A stretch of 64,000 bases of DNA from Candidatus Versatilivorator sp. Lineage in GTDB: Bacteria > Acidobacteriota > Terriglobia > Versatilivoradales > Versatilivoraceae. The stretch is from assembly GCA_965207735.1 (NCBI GenBank), contig OZ242296.1, positions 5,024,001 to 5,088,000 of the forward strand, given 5' to 3'. Positions 48,672-57,427 of this stretch are shown here, one piece after another (position 1 is the first letter of the stretch; every line of letters begins with the position of its first letter). The notes beneath the pieces were generated by a model that was given only the letters and a program-made list of their open reading frames with translations, had not been told where the DNA came from and did not search any database. The translations under genes were made by a program, and so were the position numbers.

Positions 48672-50251
48672 GAGTCTGCGCCGCAGGACGATTTCGGAAA
48701 GTTCAAGAGCGAGAGGCTACTGCGCAATGCCGGTTCCAAGGAGTGCTTGGGAGCCGCTTGGGCGTTGATAGAGTCTCAAGCACCCTGTGGGCTCCCACAA
48801 TGGGCGGTTGAGGACCTCCGTGGTCCTGGGTATTGGGTGGAAATCCCTTGCTTCAGGCTGCCATCAGCGCACTCATCCTCTTGATGTTGAGGGCCAGACA
48901 CACCAAGTCCCACTCCCCCTGCACTGACTGCAAGCCCCGCAGACTGAACCGTCGGAATCCCAGCCCCTCCTTGATCCACCCATGAGGGGCTTCGGCAATC
49001 CACTTCCTCCGCCGATACTCCACCTGACCGGCTAGGCTGGCCAGCTTCTTCCTCATACGACTCTTGGCCGGATGCTTCCTGGGATCGATCTCTACCGCCC
49101 GCTTCCCCTCGCGCCCCAGCGCAACATAACCGTCCACTCCTCTCTCTTCCAGGGCCTGCAAGTCCGCCTCATTGCAGTAGCCCGCATCCGCCAGCACCTG
49201 TTTCGGTATCTCCTGGAAGCTCTCCTCCACCTCCTCCAGCAACTCCATCATCTGCCCCTGATCGCTCGCCTGCGCCGTTACCTCGGTGGCCACAATGATC
49301 TGGTGCTCTCCGTCCACCGCCACCTGCGCGTTGTAGCACTGCTGGAACCCCTCGGTGGAAGTCTTCATGATCCGGCTTTCCGGATCGGTGAAATTGCTCT
49401 GCGCCTTCTCCTCCGGTTCTCCGTAGGCCCGCTTGTAGGGCCGTCGTGCTTTCGGGTTACGGTCCTGTCCCGGTTTGCGCCCCCGCTCCTCATCAGCCTC
49501 CCGCTGGGCCGCCTCCAGCCGCTGCTTGGCCGCCTCGATCGCCGCCAGCCGGTCCTCCCGCCGACGCAACTCCTCGGGCAACTCGTCCCCACGCCGGTCT
49601 TCCCCGTAGCGCTCATCTTCCTCCCGGTCCTCCCGCCGCGCCTGCTTCAACAACTCTTCGATCTCTTCCCTCAGTTGCCGCTCCCGCTCCCGCATCCGAC
49701 CGTAGCTCATCGCCTTGCGCCGGCTCGCGTTCGCCCGCACCTTCGTCCCGTCGATCCCCAATCGCCCCAACCCCACCATCCCCATCTCCCGCGCCAAACG
49801 CACCACTTGCACCAACAGCCGCTTGAAGTCCTTCAAGTGCCGCCGGCGAAACTCGCTCAGCGTCCGATGCTGCGGAAAGTTCCCCGCCGCCAGCATCCGA
49901 AACGCCACGTCCTCCTCCAACTTCCTGGCTATCTTGCGCGACGAGAACACCCCCGTCGCATAGGCGTAGATCAATACCTTCACCATCATCCCCGGCTCAT
50001 AGGGCGAGTTGCGCCTCCCGTCCTCTTCATACCGCCGGTAGAACGCTCCCAACTCCAGCCCATCCACCAACTCGCTCACCTGATGCGCCAAGTGTCCTTC
50101 CGGTACCCACTCCCGCAGGTCCGGCGGCAGCATCAACAACTGCTTCGGTTGATACGGGCGAAACCTCGTCCCCATTCACCACCTCCCATGATGTCTCTAA
50201 GCCCGTTATTCTATCATTCAGCCCTGCCTGGGTTTTCTGCGGCGCAGACTC
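48672..50251 (-). mobile_element. IS1182-family insertion sequence, copy 2
   Basis: Same 15-bp IRs; CTAG at 48668-48671 and 50252-50255; colinear with copy 1 (offset 46660). Confidence 0.92.
48853..50175 (-). CDS. IS1182-family DDE transposase (440 aa)
   Basis: Differs from copy 1 at about 14 residues (counted by eye). Confidence 0.93.
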   Translation of the reverse strand: MGTRFRPYQPKQLLMLPPDLREWVPEGHLAHQVSELVDGLELGAFYRRYEEDGRRNSPYEPGMMVKVLIYAYATGVFSSRKIARKLEEDVAFRMLAAGNFPQHRTLSEFRRRHLKDFKRLLVQVVRLAREMGMVGLGRLGIDGTKVRANASRRKAMSYGRMRERERQLREEIEELLKQARREDREEDERYGEDRRGDELPEELRRREDRLAAIEAAKQRLEAAQREADEERGRKPGQDRNPKARRPYKRAYGEPEEKAQSNFTDPESRIMKTSTEGFQQCYNAQVAVDGEHQIIVATEVTAQASDQGQMMELLEEVEESFQEIPKQVLADAGYCNEADLQALEERGVDGYVALGREGKRAVEIDPRKHPAKSRMRKKLASLAGQVEYRRRKWIAEAPHGWIKEGLGFRRFSLRGLQSVQGEWDLVCLALNIKRMSALMAA

Positions 50252-50255
50252 CTAG

Positions 50256-51367
50256 CCCGCATTTCTCAGTGCGCCATGGAAAGGCGCCTTCTTCCAACGG
50301 GTGCGAAACCCGTCCAACAACTGTCGCTCCGGTTGGTAGCAGCCAGGGCGGATCATGGAGGTAACGATATGGTCTGAAGCCCTCTGGTGTCAAAGGGCCG
50401 CTTAAGGCGGTTCAGCGAGCATGCGGGCCGGAACGCGAGTGAACGTCGAGCAGGCCTCGAAACGGGCAATGCGGGGGCCGACCCACCTGAGAAATGGGGA
50501 AGGCCGAAGACGGAGGGGGAAGCGAGCGACGCGGGCACCCCTTTGGACCCGCCGGGGTAGTGGCGCTGGCACGCATGGAAGGGGAAGAAGGCAGCAACAT
50601 GGGAAGCCCTGTGGGTGGTGAGGCACGCACCGAACCGGAAGCTCGCGAGAGTCAGTCTAGGCCGACAGGGTGGCGGAGAGGCCTGTAGTACCGGAGAAGC
50701 CGGGTAATACCGGTGGAGGGAAGGGGCCTCAGGTGAGGAGCGGTGACCGAAGGGGGAAGGGTCCCGGGAGTGGCGAAAGCCTGAAACCCCGACCAAAAAA
50801 GGGCCGGAGACTCCGGAAGCATCACATGCAAAAGTGAAAGGGTCGTCGGAGGAGGACGGCGTCGTCAGGGCATCAACAGGCCTGGCGGCAACCCGGGAGC
50901 GGAAGTGGATGGAGTGGGGGACGGGTGCCAATCCCATAGGAGTCGTCCACGGATGCGAGCGGGGACCTGTGTGCGAGACGCATGATCCCACTGGAGAGCC
51001 GAGATGCGGGAAAACCGCACGTCCGGTTCGGAGAGCGGGGACTGGAAACGTGATAAGGGAGCCGGACTGAGGCCCGAAGCGAAAGCGACGGAATAGCCAC
51101 CGGACCCTATAGTCAACGCGCCAGTCCTCGACTCTACCCAGGCCGCTGGTGCCATGACGAAAAGTAGTTCATCTTCAGTACTTTGATTGGCTCCATGGTA
51201 AGGGCTTGCGGGCAACAGACAGCGCTGGGCATGCCCTGGCTTGTCTTTTTCCCTTCAGCGCGCACATGCTCCCTCGCGCGTAGTGACCGCTACGCTCTTC
51301 GGTCGCGAGCACGCGCTGAAGGGAAAAATCCTGCGCCATGATCATGCCCCCTGGTGAGAAATGCGGG
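50256..51367. mobile_element. MITE with intron-split left IR, copy 2
   Basis: Same ends as copy 1; CTAG at 50252-50255 and 51368-51371; about 9 substitutions versus copy 1. Confidence 0.85.
50269..51137 (+). ncRNA. ORF-less group II intron, copy 2
   Basis: GTGCG...CTCGACTCTAC; I found no differences from 3609-4477 by eye. Confidence 0.92.
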
Positions 51368-51464
51368 CTAGGGTTTGCTCTGGTGAAGATGGGAACCTGT
51401 CTCCGCTGACAGCTCGACAGGATACACAGGAGAGACCGTTCCGGGCTGCCCGATCTGGGCGTGG

Positions 51465-51631
51465 CCGGCCGGGACCACAATCCCCGGGGCTTCAGTCTCT
51501 GGATGGCCGGTGGAGGAGTCAAGGGCGGAACGGTCCATGGCTCGACCGACGACTTCGGCTACCGGGCCGTGGAGAACCCGGTGAGCATCGAGGACCTGCA
51601 CGCCACCATCCTGCACCTGCTGGGCCTGCAC
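51465..51631 (+). pseudogene. Fragment of a DUF1501 paralog (C-terminus), inverted relative to the adjacent gene
   Basis: Encodes [56 protein letters not shown]; no 5' part of the gene. Confidence 0.75.
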
Positions 51632-51714
51632 ACAGAAGCCGAGCCGAATGGCGAAGGCTGATGCCGAGGGGGGCAATCGTGGCGTCCTGTCGGTGCGGGC
51701 TTCACCCCCACCCA

Positions 51715-53232
51715 TCACGCCAAAATTTCCCGGACGATTCTGGGTTCGTGGGTGGAGGTGAGCTTCTCGGTCAGGCCGCTGCGCTCGAAGAAGAGCTTTT
51801 CGTGGTGCAGGCCCAGCAGGTGCAGGATGGTGGCGTGCCAGTCGGCCACGCTGACGGGGTTTTCGACGGCCCGGTAGCCGAAGTCGTCGGTCGAGCCATG
51901 GACCGTTCCGCCCTTGACTCCTCCACCGGCCATCCAGACCGTGAAGGCGTAGGGATTGTGATCCCGGCCGGCGTCCTTGCCGTCGGCATGCTGCGCGATG
52001 GGCAGGCGTCCGAACTCACCGTTCCAGATCAGCAGGGTGCTGTCCAGCAGTCCACGCTGCTTCAGGTCATGGATCAGGGCGGCGACCGGCTGGTCGGTCT
52101 TCTTGCAGGCGGCTCGAATGTCGTTTTCGATGTGGTTGTGCATGTCCCAGATCTGGTTGTTGATATAGATCTGCACGAAGCGCACTCCCCGCTCCACCAG
52201 GCGGCGGGCCATGATGCAGCGCCGGGCATAGGAGTCGGGTCCGCCGATGGGATGGGTCCGCCCCCGGTATTGGGACTTCACCCCCACGCCGTACATGTCC
52301 AACGTTTCCTTACTCTCCCGGGAGAGGTCCAGGGCATCGGTGGCCGCCAACTGCATGCGGGCCGCCAGCTCGTAGCTGGCGATGCGGGCATCCAGCCGAG
52401 GTTGGCCCGGGCGGCCGCGTTTGTGGATATGGTCCAGCCGCCGCAACAGATCCTGGCCGGCCTTGACGAACGGGCGGGGCTCCTCGACCTCGGAACGCAG
52501 ATTCAGCAGGGGAGACCCGACGGAACGCACCGGCGTCCCCTGATAGAGCGGAGGCAGGTAACCGGCCTGCCAGCCCTGTGAGCCGTTCACCGGCGGCCCC
52601 ATGGGGTCTTCCAGCACCACGTAGGCGGGAAGGTTCCGGCTTTCGCTGCCCAGCCCGTAGGTCACCCAGGAGCCCAGGCTGGGGTGGCCTGGGAACATCT
52701 GACCCGAGTTGGCCATGAAGCAGGCGCCCCCATGATCGGGCGTGGTGGTGACCATGGAGCGGATAAAGGCCAGCTCGTCCACCTGCCCGGCCAGATGGGG
52801 CAGGACTTCCGACAGCCAGATGCCCGACTGCCCGTGGCGGGCGAACTTGAAGGGACTGCGCATCAGGGCCCCGGCGTCTTCGAGGTCCTGCACGTCGGCG
52901 GCGGCCATCTTGTCCAGGTAGGGCTGTCCGTGATGCTTGTCCAGCAGGGGCTTGGGGTCGAACAGGTCCATCTGGCTGGGGCCGCCGTTCATGAAGAAGT
53001 GAATGACGGCCTTGGCCTTGGGCTCGAAATGAGGGCGGCGGGGCTTGAGGTCGTACACCCGCCCGGCGGGGACAGACTTTGGGCCGGCGGACAGCGGGGC
53101 GTCTGCAAACAGCTCCCGGTTGAACAGATAGGCCAGGGCCGCACCCGCGATTCCGTCGGTCATATTGGAGAAGAAACCGCGGCGAGAAAGCAGCTGTCCC
53201 ATTGGCGATTTCCTGAGGGAATGAGGATCCAT
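51715..53232 (-). CDS. DUF1501 domain protein (Tat signal)
   Basis: SRRGFF, FMNGGPSQMDLFDPKP, SLGSWVTYGLG, ARRLVERGVRFVQ, GEFGR, GRDHNP. Start could instead be 53202. Confidence 0.9.
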   Translation of the reverse strand: MDPHSLRKSPMGQLLSRRGFFSNMTDGIAGAALAYLFNRELFADAPLSAGPKSVPAGRVYDLKPRRPHFEPKAKAVIHFFMNGGPSQMDLFDPKPLLDKHHGQPYLDKMAAADVQDLEDAGALMRSPFKFARHGQSGIWLSEVLPHLAGQVDELAFIRSMVTTTPDHGGACFMANSGQMFPGHPSLGSWVTYGLGSESRNLPAYVVLEDPMGPPVNGSQGWQAGYLPPLYQGTPVRSVGSPLLNLRSEVEEPRPFVKAGQDLLRRLDHIHKRGRPGQPRLDARIASYELAARMQLAATDALDLSRESKETLDMYGVGVKSQYRGRTHPIGGPDSYARRCIMARRLVERGVRFVQIYINNQIWDMHNHIENDIRAACKKTDQPVAALIHDLKQRGLLDSTLLIWNGEFGRLPIAQHADGKDAGRDHNPYAFTVWMAGGGVKGGTVHGSTDDFGYRAVENPVSVADWHATILHLLGLHHEKLFFERSGLTEKLTSTHEPRIVREILA

Positions 53233-53292
53233 AGGGTCTACCGTGTTGGGGGACGGATCTGCCGGAGGCCGCACCTCCGAGGCTCGGCCGGG

Positions 53293-56200
53293 TCAATCGA
53301 TATAAAGGAACCCTGCCGAGTTTAAAAGAGTGTGACAGAACTTGGCAAGCGCCTGCCGGGAAACTTCCTCTTCCCCGCCACTGCCTGCACGTTTCTCCAG
53401 CTCCTCCAGCGCCTGCCGGCTGACGGTTTTCTCCTCCGGTGTCGGCGGCCGGTTTAGCACGATCCAGTAGGCCTGTTCGATCCGTCGGGCCGGGTCGCTG
53501 CCGGCCACTCTTCGCACTCTCTCGGCCAGGGAGTCCGCCAACTGGCGCACGGTCGGGTCGTTGAGCAGGTGCAGGGCCTGGGGCACCACCGTGGATTCGA
53601 CCCGCTCCAGGCAGTTGGGGGTCATCTCGGGAAAGTCGAAGGTGTCCAGGATGGTGGGGTTGCTGGTCCCCATGCGGTGGCTGGTCTGCTGAGTGATGTA
53701 GATGCTCCGGCGCCATCCCCCGGGGGTCGGGACCGCGGTGGCCAGGCCGTCCTTCCGCTGCAGGACCGGGTCGGGCAATCCTCCCGGCGTCTGGTCCAGG
53801 CGGTCCGAGATCAGGAAAAGGGTGTCCCGCAACACCTCGGCATCCATGCGGCGCAGGGGCATCCGGGAGAGCCGGAGATTCTCGGGATCCAGCCGCTCAT
53901 GCTGCGGCGTCACCTTCGAGCTCTGCCGGTAGGTGGCCGAGGTCATGATCAGACGATGCATGGCCTTGGGACTCCAGTTCTGCCGGATGAACTCCAGAGC
54001 CAGCCAATCCAGTAGTTCGGGATGGGTCGGCCGGGCGCCGGTTCGGCCGAAATTTCCCAGCGTGCTGACGATGCCCCGGCCGAAATGGTGCTTCCAGATG
54101 CGATTGACCATGACCCTGGCCGTAAGGGGATGGTCGGGCCCCACCAGCCAGCGGGCCAGGGCCAGGCGGCGGCCGGTCTTTTGCGCTCCTTCCCAGGGGG
54201 GGGTGATTTCCAAGGGCGAATGTCCCTGCGTCAGAACCGCCGGGACCCCCGGTTCCACCCAGCGGCCGGGGCTCATGGGATCGCCCCGCCTCAGGATGTA
54301 GGTGGGCGAAGGGCTCCCGCGATCCCACAAGGCCCGAATCAGGGGTTCGGGTCTGAGTTTGGCCCTGAGCAGCTTGACCTTCCCGGCGGTTTTCTCCGAT
54401 GCCTTGCGGTAGTCCGGATCGATGTCTTCCAGGTCGCTGAATCGAATCTTCAGACCCTGTTCATACTTGCTGGCCAGTTCCTTCTGGGCCGGGGTTCGAT
54501 CCTCGGGCGGGGTGTCCAGCATTTCGCGCAGGTCCGGTCGCAGGGCCTCGGGCATCTCGGCCAGCCTCAGGTTGATGAACCTTTCCTCCACCGGCTTGGC
54601 CTTCTGCTTGAGCGCGGCTTGCAGGGTTTCGATTTCACCGTTGATCTTGCTGTTGTGGGCCTCGCGCCTGGAACGTTCTTCATGGAGCCGAAATGGGTTT
54701 GCCGCCGGCGTGAAGAAGGGCAGCAGCCGTTTCTCCTTGGCCAGCATGGGACGGTTGGGATCGTCGGTAATGGCCGGGGGCAGCCAGTCGTGCTCGTCGA
54801 AGGCCCCTTTGAACAGGGCGGCCAAGCGGTAGTAGTCCCGCTGCGGGATGGGGTCGAACTTGTGGTTGTGGCAGCGGGCGCAGCCCATGGTCAGCCCCAG
54901 CAGGCTGGAGCTGAAGATCTGGATCTGCTCGTTGATGACCTGGATGCGGTGGGACACGAAGTTGGTCAGGCGGTTGCCGGTCTCGTCGTTCACCATTCTC
55001 AGGAAACCGGTGGCGATCAGGTTGTCCATGGCTTCCCGAGTGAGGACGGGCTGGCTGGACAGGTCGGCCAACTCGTCGCCGGCCAGTTGCTCCAGCAGGA
55101 AGCGGTCGTAGGGCTTGCCGGCGTTGAGCGAGCGAATGACGTAGTCCCGGTAGCGCCAGGCATGGCGGCGGTCGGAATAGCCGACCAGGTCCAGCCAGTG
55201 GCGGCCCCAGCGCTCCCCGAAGCGGGGTGAGTCCAGCAGCCGCTCGATGAGGGCCTCGTAGGCGGCGGGGTCGGGGTCGGCCAGGAACCGCCGAATCTCC
55301 TCGGGTTCCGGCGGCAGTCCGGTCAGGTCGAAGCTGGCGCGCCGGATCAGGGTGAGGCGGTCGGCCTCGGGCGAGAGGCGGAGTCCTTTTTCCTCGAGCC
55401 CGGCAGAAATGAATGCATCCACCGGGTTGCGCAGCCGGGATGGCTCGGCCGAGTCCGGCATAGGCGGCAGGGTCGCTCTCGGCGGCTGGAAGGACCAGAA
55501 GCGGCGGTCCTCTTCGCTCACAAGCGGATCGGACCCGTTCTCTTCATTCCGATCGTTGCCGTTCACTTCCGGGGCGCCCAGGGAGATCCAGCGGACGAGC
55601 TGCTCCAGCCCTCGGGAACTCATGGGCCGCAGGCTGGCCTCCACTTCTCGTTCGCTGGGAGGCATCTCCCGGGCCCGGATCCGTTGAACGATCAGGCTCT
55701 CTTTCGGCTTGCCGGGCACGATGGCCGGTCCCGATTTGCCACCCTTCAGCATGGAAGCCTTGCTGCGCAGGTCCAGGCCCGCCTCCTGGATGCGCTGCCC
55801 GTGACAGGCGGTGCAGTGCAGCAGCATCAGGGGGATGACCTCCCGCTGGCTGACCATTGGAAGTTGGGATTGGGAGGCATGCGGGTGCTCGGTCGAACCG
55901 GGAACAGGCAGCGAGGCGATCCAGGTCTGGAGGGTGGCTATCTCCGATGGAGAGGGTTCCGTCTGCTTGTCCGGCGGCATCTGCCCCTTGTGGACCATCC
56001 GGTAGAGCGGACTCTCCTGGGGCCGGCCGGGGACCAGCACGCTGCCCGAGGCGCTGCCCTGGAAAAGGGCGGCTTCCGTGCTCAGGTCGAGGCCGGCCAG
56101 ACGGGCTTCGGCGTTGTGGCAGCGCAGACAGTGGGTCTGCAGGATGGGAAACAGGTCGGCTTGAAACTCGGGGGGAGGGGCAGGGGAGACCGGTTCCGAA

Positions 56201-56343
56201 GTTGCCGCGACGGGGGCATCGAGCGGCGTCAGGCCGGGGGGAATCAGCAGCAGACCGGCCAGAACGGTTGCCGGCCCCACGGCTGAGGAAGCCAGAGACC
56301 CGCAGTTCCGTTTCCAGACTTTTCTGACAGAGCCTATCGCCAT
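53293..56343 (-). CDS. PSD1/planctomycete cytochrome c domain protein (DUF1549/DUF1553)
   Basis: CLRCH, CTACH, CARCHNHKFDP; LIRRASFDLTGLPP, GERWGRHWLD, TARVMVNRIW; usual partner of DUF1501. Confidence 0.92.
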   Translation of the reverse strand: MAIGSVRKVWKRNCGSLASSAVGPATVLAGLLLIPPGLTPLDAPVAATSEPVSPAPPPEFQADLFPILQTHCLRCHNAEARLAGLDLSTEAALFQGSASGSVLVPGRPQESPLYRMVHKGQMPPDKQTEPSPSEIATLQTWIASLPVPGSTEHPHASQSQLPMVSQREVIPLMLLHCTACHGQRIQEAGLDLRSKASMLKGGKSGPAIVPGKPKESLIVQRIRAREMPPSEREVEASLRPMSSRGLEQLVRWISLGAPEVNGNDRNEENGSDPLVSEEDRRFWSFQPPRATLPPMPDSAEPSRLRNPVDAFISAGLEEKGLRLSPEADRLTLIRRASFDLTGLPPEPEEIRRFLADPDPAAYEALIERLLDSPRFGERWGRHWLDLVGYSDRRHAWRYRDYVIRSLNAGKPYDRFLLEQLAGDELADLSSQPVLTREAMDNLIATGFLRMVNDETGNRLTNFVSHRIQVINEQIQIFSSSLLGLTMGCARCHNHKFDPIPQRDYYRLAALFKGAFDEHDWLPPAITDDPNRPMLAKEKRLLPFFTPAANPFRLHEERSRREAHNSKINGEIETLQAALKQKAKPVEERFINLRLAEMPEALRPDLREMLDTPPEDRTPAQKELASKYEQGLKIRFSDLEDIDPDYRKASEKTAGKVKLLRAKLRPEPLIRALWDRGSPSPTYILRRGDPMSPGRWVEPGVPAVLTQGHSPLEITPPWEGAQKTGRRLALARWLVGPDHPLTARVMVNRIWKHHFGRGIVSTLGNFGRTGARPTHPELLDWLALEFIRQNWSPKAMHRLIMTSATYRQSSKVTPQHERLDPENLRLSRMPLRRMDAEVLRDTLFLISDRLDQTPGGLPDPVLQRKDGLATAVPTPGGWRRSIYITQQTSHRMGTSNPTILDTFDFPEMTPNCLERVESTVVPQALHLLNDPTVRQLADSLAERVRRVAGSDPARRIEQAYWIVLNRPPTPEEKTVSRQALEELEKRAGSGGEEEVSRQALAKFCHTLLNSAGFLYID

Positions 56344-56450
56344 TTCCAGCACGACTTGATCTCCCGCTTCCGGGACTCAGCCGGGTTCATTTTCTGCGGA
56401 CCGCGGAATGCGCGTGTTGGCCCGGACCCGCCACCCCGGCGGGAGGCAGA

Positions 56451-57200
56451 TTACTTCAGGGGACGGATGCGCACGTTGCGATAAGCCACCGGTCCGTGGT
56501 CGCCCTGGAGCATCAAGGGACCCTTGGGGGCCTCCGGGATGGGCATGTGGGCGCTGTTGGGGCCTTCCATCTCGACGTTTTCGTGGATGACGTGCCCGTT
56601 GTAGCGGACTTCCAGGAACCTGGCGTTCTCGATTTTGTTCCCGTTGGTATCGAAGCGGGGCGCTCGGAATTTGATGTCGAAGGCCTGCCACTCCCCCGGG
56701 GGCTTGCAGGCGTTCATGCGGGGAGGGGTGCCCCCGATCCACTCGTCGTTGATTTTTCGCGCGTAGAAGCCGCCCGACATGGAGAAGACGATGTCCGGCC
56801 TGCCGTAGTCGTCCTGCACCTGCACTTCATAGAGTCCCATCAGGAAGACTCCCGAGTTGGACTTGTAGGACACATTGAACTCGACGTGGACTTCCACATC
56901 GCCGAATTTTTCCAGCGTGACCAGGTTCTGGGTTCTGCCGGTCTTGCCGTTGACGAAGATCCCCTTGCCGGGCTCGGCCAAAAAGAAGCGGTTTTCCTTC
57001 CCTGTGAGGTGAACCGCCATGGCCGTGCGCCATTCGTGGGGCTTGGAGGGGTCCTGGGCCTGCCATCCCTCCAGGCTCTGGCCGTCGACCAGTGTCCGCC
57101 AGCCATGGGACGAGGCGGAAAGGATGCCGGCATCCTGGACGGAGAGCAGGGTTAGCATCAGGCAGGAGAGGACAAGAAACAGAATCCGGTGGATTGTCAT
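56451..57200 (-). CDS. DUF1080 (3-keto-disaccharide hydrolase) family secreted protein
   Basis: Signal peptide; LVDGQSLEGW, SNSGVFL, YEVQVQD, PGEWQ, LQGDHGPVAYRNVRI. Confidence 0.9.
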   Translation of the reverse strand: MTIHRILFLVLSCLMLTLLSVQDAGILSASSHGWRTLVDGQSLEGWQAQDPSKPHEWRTAMAVHLTGKENRFFLAEPGKGIFVNGKTGRTQNLVTLEKFGDVEVHVEFNVSYKSNSGVFLMGLYEVQVQDDYGRPDIVFSMSGGFYARKINDEWIGGTPPRMNACKPPGEWQAFDIKFRAPRFDTNGNKIENARFLEVRYNGHVIHENVEMEGPNSAHMPIPEAPKGPLMLQGDHGPVAYRNVRIRPLK

Positions 57201-57427
57201 GGGTGCTCCGTGAGCGAAGAGGTTCGATTTCTTCCGAGGGGATTCATTTTACTAGAACTGGACTGTGAGGAACCACCAATTGCTTGTCCAACGGGAAGAA
57301 CCCGGCTTGGTTATCCTGTCTCCCCCTCCGGAGCAAGCGCATTCCAGTGGAGATCGGTTTTCCGGTTTGAACGAATCCGGATCCGGCCAGTGCTTGGGTT
57401 CCCGCCCCACCGCCCGCGACGCAACCC

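Noticed and set aside
51465-51970. DGR template/variable repeat pair
   Set aside because: The differences are not adenine-specific and no reverse transcriptase lies in the window.
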